A stretch of DNA of 25,965 bases from Candidatus Cloacimonadota bacterium (GCA_029564175.1 JAKQQL010000464.1:1-25965); one strand, 5' to 3'; positions 1-8,406 are shown, counted from the stretch's first letter. The notes: generated by a model not told the origin, from the letters alone. Made by a program: numbers and translations.

Positions 1-917
1 GTTTCGCCACAAAGTCTTCCAGCTATCATTGCCTGAACTATTCCACCACCGGTAATCGGATTTACCTGACGTGCAGCATCACCCACCAGCATCACATGAT
101 CAGTCACAAATCCGGTTCCATTAGAGGTAGGCACTCCACCACAAACCATATAATTTACTGAAGCATTGGGGAAATTCTGCGCCATAAAACGATCCAGATA
201 GAACTTTGGTCCTTTACCAGGTAATGTATCGCTTCCACCTACACCAATACCGATGTTGGCAGAGGTATCAGATTTAGGAAAAATCCACAGATAACCACCA
301 GGAGAAACTTCATTTCCAAAATAAAAACGGCATAAATCCGGATTGACTTTGATATTATTCACCGTATATTGCACACAGGTATCAATGTCATCCAGCGCCA
401 GAGTGGTATTAATACCAGCCCACTTACCAACCTGAGATTCGACACCATCTGCCCCAATCACAATCTTACATTTAACAGAATACAGCTGATTCAGATGACT
501 AAAACGTACCCCTTCTATCTGTTGGTCTTTATCTCTGAGTAAATCAAGTGCATCTGCTTTTGTGAGCATTACAGCTCCTTTTGAGCAGGCTAAATCAACT
601 AATGCACGATCGAATACACGTCTCTCAAGGACATAACCTAATCCATTGTTGTACATCTCTACAAAATTTCCATCTGGAGAATGTAACGAAGCTCCTTTTA
701 TCTGTGTGCAAATCCACTTTTCATCAATATCAATAAATGGCTCAATCCCTGCATGAGAAACACCTTCCGCACATCGAACCGGTATGCCTGGCTCTCTGTC
801 TCTTTCCAAAATCAAAACCGATGCACCATTTTCTACGGCATAACGGGCAGTTACAGCACCAGCAGGACCACCTCCAATAATGACGACATCATAATAATCG
901 GCAATATGCTTAATCAT
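1..917 (-). CDS. Geranylgeranyl reductase family FAD-dependent oxidoreductase, DGGGPL-reductase-like; 3' end runs off the window
   Basis: Hand-translated, not in the ORF track. MIKHIADYYDVVIIGGGPAG (FAD-binding GxGxxG), EPGIPVRCAEG, SPGGYLWIFPKSDTSANIGIG (GGR PxxYxWxFP motif), VGDAARQVNPITGGGI. GGAGGA RBS at 921-926. ATG at 917 overlaps the ferredoxin stop (ATGA). Confidence 0.9.
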   Translation of the reverse strand, partial: MIKHIADYYDVVIIGGGPAGAVTARYAVENGASVLILERDREPGIPVRCAEGVSHAGIEPFIDIDEKWICTQIKGASLHSPDGNFVEMYNNGLGYVLERRVFDRALVDLACSKGAVMLTKADALDLLRDKDQQIEGVRFSHLNQLYSVKCKIVIGADGVESQVGKWAGINTTLALDDIDTCVQYTVNNIKVNPDLCRFYFGNEVSPGGYLWIFPKSDTSANIGIGVGGSDTLPGKGPKFYLDRFMAQNFPNASVNYMVCGGVPTSNGTGFVTDHVMLVGDAARQVNPITGGGIVQAMIAGRLCGE

Positions 918-1084
918 TTTTCCTCCTGAATCGCTTCAAGGGGACATACTCTCAGGCATTTCCGGCAGTGAATACATTTATCATTATCAAAAACAATTTC
1001 AAATTCTTTTACCCTGATAGCACTGACAGGGCATACACTGGCACAAGTTCCACACACATCACAAAGTGACTGATTCACTTGCAT
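914..1084 (-). CDS. 2x[4Fe-4S] dicluster ferredoxin, 56 aa
   Basis: Hand-translated: MQVNQSLCDVCGTCASVCPVSAIRVKEFEIVFDNDKCIHCRKCLRVCPLEAIQEEK*. Two CxxCxxCxxxCP motifs. GAGAGG RBS at 1090-1095. Confidence 0.93.
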   Translation of the reverse strand: MQVNQSLCDVCGTCASVCPVSAIRVKEFEIVFDNDKCIHCRKCLRVCPLEAIQEEK

Positions 1085-1112
1085 AATAACCTCTCTTTTC
1101 TTAGCAAATTTT

Positions 1113-1131
1113 CGAAGGTGATCTGCCTTCG
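1113..1131. other. Short intergenic hairpin CGAAGG-N7-CCTTCG
   Basis: 6-bp inverted repeat between the DHH gene and the ferredoxin. No U-tract on the minus (coding) strand, so more likely a stabiliser or processing site than a terminator. Confidence 0.4.
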
Positions 1132-1149
1132 CTTCTATATTTATCCAAC

Positions 1150-2928
1150 CTACTGATAATGAAGCACTTTGAGTTGATTCCAGTCGTTGGATGCAGTTAA
1201 AACGATCTCATTGATTTTATCATGATTTTCAGCTATCTTATCAAAAATAAATTGATTAACAAAATACTCCCTGTTTTCAATACATGATTTAAGTAAGTCT
1301 TTGTCAGACATATCATTACTAATACAAAAAACGCTTTCTGAAAAACCTTCTCCATAAGGCAGACATGCTTCATAAAAATCAAGAAGGGATTTCCATATTT
1401 CAGGAGAATATTTGAGAACTGCATGATACTCTGTTTTTTTTACAGAATGAAGTTGTTTATTCACTTCAGCGGTCTGAGTGCTAGCGATATACTGATTCAG
1501 ATACTGATGATAACGGCTAATCAATTCTGTCAGATTTTCAGTATTCATCAGAAATCCGGCTGCCTTCACATGCCCACCAAAATTGACCAGGATATCTGCA
1601 AAACTGTTAAAGCAATTCAACCAGTGAAAACCGTCCAGACATCTGGCTTCACAAACCATTTGAGTTGTCTGAGCGCTATTTTCATGATGTTCAGCGCTTT
1701 GAGGAGAATGCTTGGTCTGTAAAATCATTACCGGACAATGATAGCGGTTGACCAGATTCCCAGCCAGTCTGCCAATCAATGAGTAAGCTAAACGACCTTG
1801 ATAATCCACATACACAACACTCATCAGTTGTTTATCTCTGTAGAACAGATGTAATTGTTTGTTAACCTCTTTGTGTAATAACTCACACTCAGACGCATTT
1901 TCCAAAATGATACGATCGATCATCTGAATCACTTCCTGATTGATAATCGCTTCATTTGTGTCTGTCAGTACCTGATTTTCATCTTTCAATACCATTAACT
2001 GATTGTAATAGTTTTCCATAGCTTCTCTACTTTCTGATAACAGGAAAGAAAAGCATAAATGACTTCCGTTCAACTGTCTGCCAAAATAGAAAAAGCGAAT
2101 CAAAGAATTTAAAAAGAGGATTTTCTCCTGATGAGTGGCTGTTGAACCTGATTTACCAGAAATGAACTCTATCAAAGGAGAAACGGTACATTTATCCCAC
2201 TCATTCAGTAACTGTCTGACGATGAGATGATTCACCCCTGTCATCGGTACTCTGTCAGCAATACTGCCAATGGCTGTCCAGAAAAGATATTCTTCTTTCA
2301 ATTCTATGTTTTTAAAATGTTGATTCAGACAATGCAGAAAGAAAAAGCATACGCCTACACCTGCAAGCATTTTCAGGTCTCCCTGATACAGTTTTTCAGC
2401 TTTTAAATCTGACGTAACCAGACTGGTTGCATGTTCTTCATTATCTCCGTTAAAAAGCTTGGGATTCAGGATAGCACAGGCTTCTGGCAGTTTTTCAGGA
2501 ATCAGATGATGATCAAGAATGACACAATCAATACCTGCCTGATTGAGCCTGTCAACTCCATCAACCGATGAGATTCCATTATCAACGACTATCATCAGTT
2601 TTACCTGATTCTCTATGGCATAACGGATCACATTTTCGCGAATACCGTGATTTTCTATTTCACGATTAGGCAGATAATACAATAAATCACAACCGGTCTG
2701 CTTTAGATAGTCATACATAATATAAAGACTGGTAATGCCGTCTGCATCATCATGACCAAAAATCAGGATGCGTTCATGTGATTCTACTGCTTTAATAACT
2801 CTCTTCAGCGAAGGTTTAGCAAATTCAGAAAATGTTTTCATCTCTAAAAGAGAAAGATGACCATCAAATAAAAGAGGGTCATGCTTACTCAGAAAATCTT
2901 TATAACTGTCTAAATCGTTAAAAATCAT
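1150..2928 (-). CDS. Divergent RecJ-like DHH/DHHA1 phosphoesterase (second paralogue)
   Basis: Motifs GHDDADG, VDNG, LDHH, LAGVGV, SIADRVPM, FGGHVKAAG. ATG at 2928 overlaps the upstream TGA (TGATG). The ORF-track start at 2931 is a TTG. Confidence 0.85.
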   Translation of the reverse strand: MIFNDLDSYKDFLSKHDPLLFDGHLSLLEMKTFSEFAKPSLKRVIKAVESHERILIFGHDDADGITSLYIMYDYLKQTGCDLLYYLPNREIENHGIRENVIRYAIENQVKLMIVVDNGISSVDGVDRLNQAGIDCVILDHHLIPEKLPEACAILNPKLFNGDNEEHATSLVTSDLKAEKLYQGDLKMLAGVGVCFFFLHCLNQHFKNIELKEEYLFWTAIGSIADRVPMTGVNHLIVRQLLNEWDKCTVSPLIEFISGKSGSTATHQEKILFLNSLIRFFYFGRQLNGSHLCFSFLLSESREAMENYYNQLMVLKDENQVLTDTNEAIINQEVIQMIDRIILENASECELLHKEVNKQLHLFYRDKQLMSVVYVDYQGRLAYSLIGRLAGNLVNRYHCPVMILQTKHSPQSAEHHENSAQTTQMVCEARCLDGFHWLNCFNSFADILVNFGGHVKAAGFLMNTENLTELISRYHQYLNQYIASTQTAEVNKQLHSVKKTEYHAVLKYSPEIWKSLLDFYEACLPYGEGFSESVFCISNDMSDKDLLKSCIENREYFVNQFIFDKIAENHDKINEIVLTASNDWNQLKVLHYQ

Positions 2929-4154
2929 CAAAATCTGCCTGTTTCATCAGGTACAGGAATGTCTCTATGACCCTTTCTGTCTAATGGTTTTTTGAAAATA
3001 TCAAATCCAGTTGTTCCAATACTGAAAAGAATACCATTTTCCTGATAATTGCTTTCGTTACTCTCTCTGTTAAAGTATTTTACTGCAAAATCTATTCTCG
3101 AATCATGCGTCTTGATTGGGATGGAAAAACCATAAGTGAAGGATGTTTCTGTCAGCTCATGCGCATCGTTTCCGATACTGTTTAATGGAGACACTTTGTA
3201 GGCAAATCCTGCTCTCTGAGAGATTTTTTTAAAAAACTGTTCTTGATTCACAGATCCCTGATACTCGATCCCATAAGCCACACGGTAGCCATCGTTTGCA
3301 TTTTCATACATATCGCTCTGACTCCATAAATCATAATCAATATCCATCGCCATATCCCAGTTTTTATAAAAGTTCACTGCACCACCGAAAGATACTTTTA
3401 ATGGTAATTTGTATGTCTCAGAAGTAATCCCTTCATTTAAGGTAATAGTCTTGTATGATTTATCACCCTTTAACTCAACAGGAATACTAACGGTTCCACC
3501 CATAGAGACTTTTTTATTAAACTCTTTAGAAAAGCCTAGAGTTAGACCAGGGCTTTTAAACGTTTCTTCAATCTCATATTTTGTATCAATCAGATTTGTA
3601 TCTTCATAATCCGCTTTGGCATAGTTGATTTTATGTCCAAATAGATAATTGATTGATAAACTGAGATTTAAGTTGTCAAACTGATAAGCATAAAACATGT
3701 CTGCCTGATACAAGGCATTATCTGCTTTTCTGATCTCAGTAAACACATCAGATCCGCTTGTATTCTTTTGTTCAGCACTAAATTTTCCGTTGCTCACACT
3801 TTGATAAGCAAATCCAAAACGGTGCTTGTACAAGGGCACACTCACATTAAAGTAAGGGAAATATGAAATATCACCATTATAAGTCGATTGATTAGTATCA
3901 TCACTGACATTTAAGTTGCCCAGAGAATAAGCCGACGAAAAAATAGTATATTGACTGTTGCAGGCAAGAGACGCATTTTTCAAACCTGTATTGGGTCTTA
4001 ACAGGTTACCAATGCCGGTATCACCCATTCCGAGACCAATCACATCACGCCCTGAATACGATTCAGGCATACCGTAAAAACTGAAAATTGAAGCACATAA
4101 CAGATAAACTGGTAAACACATTACTACAGTTACAAACATGATTTTCTTTATCAT
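2928..4154 (-). CDS. Outer-membrane beta-barrel protein, FadL/OmpP1/TodX-like
   Basis: Signal peptide MIKKIMFVTVVMCLPVYLLCA. Plug-like SIFSFYG...GLGMGDTGIG. Many amphipathic aromatic strands (FGFAYQ, LSLSINYLFG, RVAYGIEY, FTYGFSIP, RIDFAVKY). GAGGTG RBS at 4158-4163 supports ATG 4154. Confidence 0.65.
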   Translation of the reverse strand: MIKKIMFVTVVMCLPVYLLCASIFSFYGMPESYSGRDVIGLGMGDTGIGNLLRPNTGLKNASLACNSQYTIFSSAYSLGNLNVSDDTNQSTYNGDISYFPYFNVSVPLYKHRFGFAYQSVSNGKFSAEQKNTSGSDVFTEIRKADNALYQADMFYAYQFDNLNLSLSINYLFGHKINYAKADYEDTNLIDTKYEIEETFKSPGLTLGFSKEFNKKVSMGGTVSIPVELKGDKSYKTITLNEGITSETYKLPLKVSFGGAVNFYKNWDMAMDIDYDLWSQSDMYENANDGYRVAYGIEYQGSVNQEQFFKKISQRAGFAYKVSPLNSIGNDAHELTETSFTYGFSIPIKTHDSRIDFAVKYFNRESNESNYQENGILFSIGTTGFDIFKKPLDRKGHRDIPVPDETGRF

Positions 4155-4389
4155 AAACACCTCATTCTTTATAAAATTAACACTATGTGCGAATATTATT
4201 ACAAGAAATATTTCATTTTTAAGTTTGTCAATTCATTTTTCAATATCAATGTCAATCGCAGCAAAAATATAAGCGAATCCAATGATTTTGCTAAGAAAAA
4301 CGCAAGTCTGCCAGTACCTTTTTAAGCACTTCTTATTTTCAGAATTCTACTATTTTCTTTCTGCTTCCCCGCAGACCTTCCATTCAATC

Positions 4390-4434
4390 AACTACGCTGA
4401 CTTGAAGCGTATTCAAGTTAAGCAGGTAGTTTTT
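4390..4434 (+). other. Long imperfect hairpin followed by a T-run
   Basis: AACTAC-GCT-GACTTGAA (4390-4406), loop GCGTA, TTCAAGTT-A-AGC-AG-GTAGTT (4412-4431), ending in a T5 run (4430-4434). Confidence 0.5.
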
Positions 4435-4517
4435 AACAGGATAGATTAAGGAATATATCGAAAAAGATTTTGCTTTTTAAAGATATTTAATTATATTATT
4501 ATCAGGAGAGTAGTATT

Positions 4518-5102
4518 ATGAGAGTATATTTTAATTCAAAACATAAGCATGATTACCCTAAAAAACTCAACGATATTCATTTGGCCTGGTATCGTCAGGG
4601 TCAGGTATGTATTCTCAGAAAAACAGTAAAACATGAGATACAAGAACAGAATTTGTTTATTAAGGATATGAATCAGGTCATTCATACACTTTGGAACGAG
4701 CTATCCGCTTCTGTTAAATCAGAACTTCAGAAATATGCGATTTTGTATAAAAAAAGATATCCCTCTCTCAGAAAGCGTGGCAATAATGCATACAGTATAT
4801 TTTTGATGATTTGTCACGGTTTAATCAGAAAATTTCAACTTAATTCTTTGTCTAAAATAGTATTAACCAGTCATTTGCGAGTTATTCTTTCAAAAATGTC
4901 TATTCATCTGCTTGTAATGCAAGGAGTTATAAAAGCGGTTAAATATGCCTACCAACTTAAAGGGATGCTGATAAAAGATCATCAAAGCCAGGATACCCCT
5001 TATCACTTGAAATCAATTATCATCAGTTATCCCGATCAACCCCATCCCTATTTTAGTGATGTTATTCACCATAAGAGAGCCATTTCCGGTAGAGACCCCT
5101 GA
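4518..5102 (+). CDS. Hypothetical basic protein, 194 aa
   Basis: AGGAG RBS at 4504-4508 and an intact ORF. Lys/Arg/His-rich, no signal peptide, no recognised catalytic motif. Confidence 0.7.
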   Translation: MRVYFNSKHKHDYPKKLNDIHLAWYRQGQVCILRKTVKHEIQEQNLFIKDMNQVIHTLWNELSASVKSELQKYAILYKKRYPSLRKRGNNAYSIFLMICHGLIRKFQLNSLSKIVLTSHLRVILSKMSIHLLVMQGVIKAVKYAYQLKGMLIKDHQSQDTPYHLKSIIISYPDQPHPYFSDVIHHKRAISGRDP

Positions 5103-5129
5103 ATTTATCACACAAAATCATTAATTCCA

Positions 5130-5157
5130 TTGACAAAAATAAAAAAAAATATATACT
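5130..5157 (+). promoter_or_regulatory. Sigma70-type promoter for kat-kce
   Basis: TTGACA (5130-5135), 16 nt spacer, TATACT (5152-5157). Confidence 0.65.
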
Positions 5158-5273
5158 TGGTTAAAAAAGCATATAGATGATGGAAAACAGATAATAAAAG
5201 CGTTTATAAAGTGTTATCTGAAGGGATTTTAACAAATAATTGGGGAAAATTATTATAGATAAGGAGCAAGAAA

Positions 5274-6524
5274 ATGGTGGAGAAATTAAATTTAAGCAAA
5301 TCAGAACAAATGTATGCTGAAGCATTAACCTTAGTGCCAGGTGCAGTTGCCGGAATCAGAAGACCCTATAACTTTGTACCCGGTGAATATCCAATCTTTT
5401 TTGATCATGCAAAAGGTGGAAAAGTAACTGACGTTGATGGTAATGAATATCTGGATATGTTATGTGCTTACGGACCGATTATTGTTGGTCACAGAGAAGA
5501 TGAAATTGATGATGCCGTTGTAGCACAGATCAGAGAAAAAGGGATTTGTTTTTCATTAACACAACCCTATCAAAATACATTAGTCAAAAGACTAAGAGAC
5601 TTGATTCCTTCCTGCGATATGGCTGCTTTTGTAAAAACCGGTTCTGATGCAACGACTACCGCTATCAGAATCTCTCGTGCGTATACCGGTAAAACAAAGG
5701 TATTACGCTGTGGTTACCACGGCTGGCATGACTGGTGCGTGGAAGTAAAAGGCGGAATTCCAGAAAAATTATATGAAGATGTATATGAATTCCATTATAA
5801 CGATCTGGATCAGGTTAAAGACCTGATGAAAGAACACGGTAATGATGTTGCCTGCATCATCGTAACACCAGTCGGTCATCCGCTTGCTCATGAAGTTGAA
5901 ATGCCAAAACCAGGTTTCCTTGAAGGCATTAAAGCTATCACAGAGCAGTATAACAGTGTACTGGTATTTGATGAAATCAGAAGTGGATTCCGTGTAGATA
6001 TGGGTGGTGCTCAAAAACGCTTTGGTGTTACGCCTGACGTATCTGTGTTTGGTAAAGCAATCGCAAACGGCTGGCCAATTGGAGTGGTAGCCGGTAAAGA
6101 ATCTGTCATGAAAATGCTTGAGAAAGAAGTGTTTTTAAGTTCAACCTTCTTCCCAAACAGTGATGCTCAGGTGGCTGCATTAGCAACACTTGATTTCCTT
6201 GAAAAATATGATGTACTGAAAGTGATTGAAGAAAAAGGAAACGCTTTTGCTCAAAGAGTAACTGAAATTCTGGCAAAATCTGGTGTACCTACTTCATTCA
6301 GTGGCGGACCATGGATGCCATTTATTACTTTTGAAGCCGATGAAAAGAAATTGTATAAAGATTTACGAAATGAATTTTATACCCAGTTAATCCGTAGAAA
6401 TGTCTTCCTGCAACCTTATCATCATGGTTATATCTGCTATCGTCATACCGATGAAGATTTACTCAGAGCTACCGATATGATTGCAGAATCTCTTGAAGTT
6501 GTACGCAAAAAATACTTAGTGTAA
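5274..6524 (+). CDS. kat: 3-aminobutyryl-CoA aminotransferase (class III PLP), lysine fermentation variant
   Basis: Class III motifs DVDGNEYLD, KTGSDA, GYHGWHDW, FDEIRSGFR, FGKAIANG (PLP Lys). RRPYNFVPGEYP and QPYHHGYICYRH match the Cloacimonas Kat as I recall it. Adjacent to kce. AAGGAG RBS. Confidence 0.87.
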   Translation: MVEKLNLSKSEQMYAEALTLVPGAVAGIRRPYNFVPGEYPIFFDHAKGGKVTDVDGNEYLDMLCAYGPIIVGHREDEIDDAVVAQIREKGICFSLTQPYQNTLVKRLRDLIPSCDMAAFVKTGSDATTTAIRISRAYTGKTKVLRCGYHGWHDWCVEVKGGIPEKLYEDVYEFHYNDLDQVKDLMKEHGNDVACIIVTPVGHPLAHEVEMPKPGFLEGIKAITEQYNSVLVFDEIRSGFRVDMGGAQKRFGVTPDVSVFGKAIANGWPIGVVAGKESVMKMLEKEVFLSSTFFPNSDAQVAALATLDFLEKYDVLKVIEEKGNAFAQRVTEILAKSGVPTSFSGGPWMPFITFEADEKKLYKDLRNEFYTQLIRRNVFLQPYHHGYICYRHTDEDLLRATDMIAESLEVVRKKYLV

Positions 6525-6552
6525 AAAGACCATCCTTGTCGTTTATGTGAGC

Positions 6553-6620
6553 GTAACGCAAGCTACCAGCTTGCGGAAAGAGAAAAACAAGCAGGTTGCT
6601 TGTCTTACAACCAGCTTGCG
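6553..6620. repeat. REP/REPIN-like inverted doublet plus a partial third copy
   Basis: GTAA-CGCAAGCT-ACC-AGCTTGCG (6553-6575). The reverse complement of 6587-6608 is GTAA-GACAAGCA-ACC-TGCTTGT. Partial copy ACCAGCTTGCG at 6610-6620. Confidence 0.7.
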
Positions 6621-6657
6621 AATAACGACCATCCGGGTTTTAAAACAAAAGATATAA

Positions 6658-7512
<855 letters not shown>

Positions 7513-7535
7513 AAAATACGGTAATGAATAAGCTT

Positions 7536-7600
7536 TCGTACTACAAGTGAAGCATAATACTTGTAGTACGATATGCTTCAAGTGAGATACTTGTTGTACG
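7536..7600 (+). promoter_or_regulatory. Structured intergenic element: 13-bp hairpin, loop-pairing segment and duplicated 3' arm
   Basis: TCGTACTACAAGT (7536-7548) pairs with ACTTGTAGTACGA (7559-7571). TGAAGCATA (7548-7556) pairs with TATGCTTCA (7572-7580). ATACTTGTAGTACG (7557-7570) recurs as ATACTTGTTGTACG (7587-7600). Function unknown. Confidence 0.55.
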
Positions 7601-7611
7601 GAGGATAGTAA

Positions 7612-8088
7612 ATGGAAAACAGACCGACCTGGCATCAATACTTTATGGAAATGGCTTATTTAGCTTCTCAGAGATCTACCTGTATCCGTAGAAAAGTAGG
7701 TGCCGTCATTGTAGGAGATAATCAGATTTTGGCTACAGGTTACAATGGTGCACCAAAGCATGTCAGACATTGCGCTGAAACAGGTTGTATGAGACAACAG
7801 ATGAATGTTCCTTCGGGCACGATGCATGAGCTGTGTCGTGGAGTTCATGCTGAGCAAAATGCAATTGTTCAGTCTGCAATCAATGGAACTTCTATCAGAA
7901 ATGCAACACTATATTGCACCAATCATCCTTGTTCTATCTGTGCAAAGATGATAATCAATGCTGAAATAAGAAATGTCTATATTGCAGATGATTATCCAGA
8001 TCCATTAGCTAAAGAGATGTTTGCAGAAGCAGGTGTAGAACTTGTTTTGGTTGACAGAGAAAATGGAAAGTTAAAAAAACTGATTTAG
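7612..8088 (+). CDS. dCMP deaminase (ComEB-like cytidine/deoxycytidylate deaminase)
   Basis: RSTCIRRKVGAVIV, TGYNG, HAEQNA, HPCSICAK zinc motifs. GGAGG RBS at 7600-7604. Confidence 0.92.
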   Translation: MENRPTWHQYFMEMAYLASQRSTCIRRKVGAVIVGDNQILATGYNGAPKHVRHCAETGCMRQQMNVPSGTMHELCRGVHAEQNAIVQSAINGTSIRNATLYCTNHPCSICAKMIINAEIRNVYIADDYPDPLAKEMFAEAGVELVLVDRENGKLKKLI

Positions 8089-8104
8089 ATTTTGCGTTGA
8101 TAAT

Positions 8105-8164
8105 AACTTGTATAGTCTATTCTCGTATATTTAAAAACGACTATTTACTATACAAGTTTTTTTT
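8105..8164 (+). terminator. Probable intrinsic terminator with long loop
   Basis: AACTTGTATAGT (8105-8116) pairs with ACTATACAAGTT (8147-8158), running into a T8 tract (8157-8164) just after the deaminase stop. Confidence 0.55.
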
Positions 8165-8406
8165 GTTTCATTTATTTTAATCTGATACTTTTATAAAAAC
8201 AACAATTTTACTTCTTGTTTTTGGATAAATCAATCGTAAAGAAATTCATACATTTCAGGCATTTTTTAAAAAATAGATACGATTCTGTTTTTGGTTAATT
8301 TTAAAGTCAGAGAAAAAAAAGTTCAATTTTTAAAAAAAACGCTTTACAATTATACAAATAAAATTTTTTCTTGTCATTAAGAATAATATTATCATCAGAG
8401 GGATGG

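Noticed and set aside
4438..4453. 15/16 match AGGATAGA(T/A)TAAGGAA between 4438-4453 and 25729-25744
   Set aside because: A rough estimate suggests a one-mismatch 16-mer of this A-rich composition can arise by chance in a window this size, and the flanks do not extend the match.
5160..5273. Possible lysine riboswitch in the kat leader (hairpin CAGATAA...TTATCTG present)
   Set aside because: The leader is only about 110 nt, shorter than a lysine aptamer, and lacks its conserved AGAGG-GC start and multi-helix core.
5274..6524. Annotation as hemL (glutamate-1-semialdehyde aminomutase)
   Set aside because: It has GYHGWHDW and SSTFFPN instead of HemL-type YHGHxD and AGTLSGN, lies next to kce, and has no hem genes nearby.
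7552..7600. Tandem NrdR boxes upstream of dCMP deaminase (30-nt periodicity)
   Set aside because: AATACTTGTAG and GATACTTGTTG do not fit the palindromic acaCwAtATaTwGtgt consensus: the left half is missing and the centre is out of register.
8371..8406. ORF-track N-terminal extension of recJ from TTG 8371
   Set aside because: No RBS precedes the TTG. ATG 8407 has a purine-rich RBS and gives a typical RecJ start (MQKRW).
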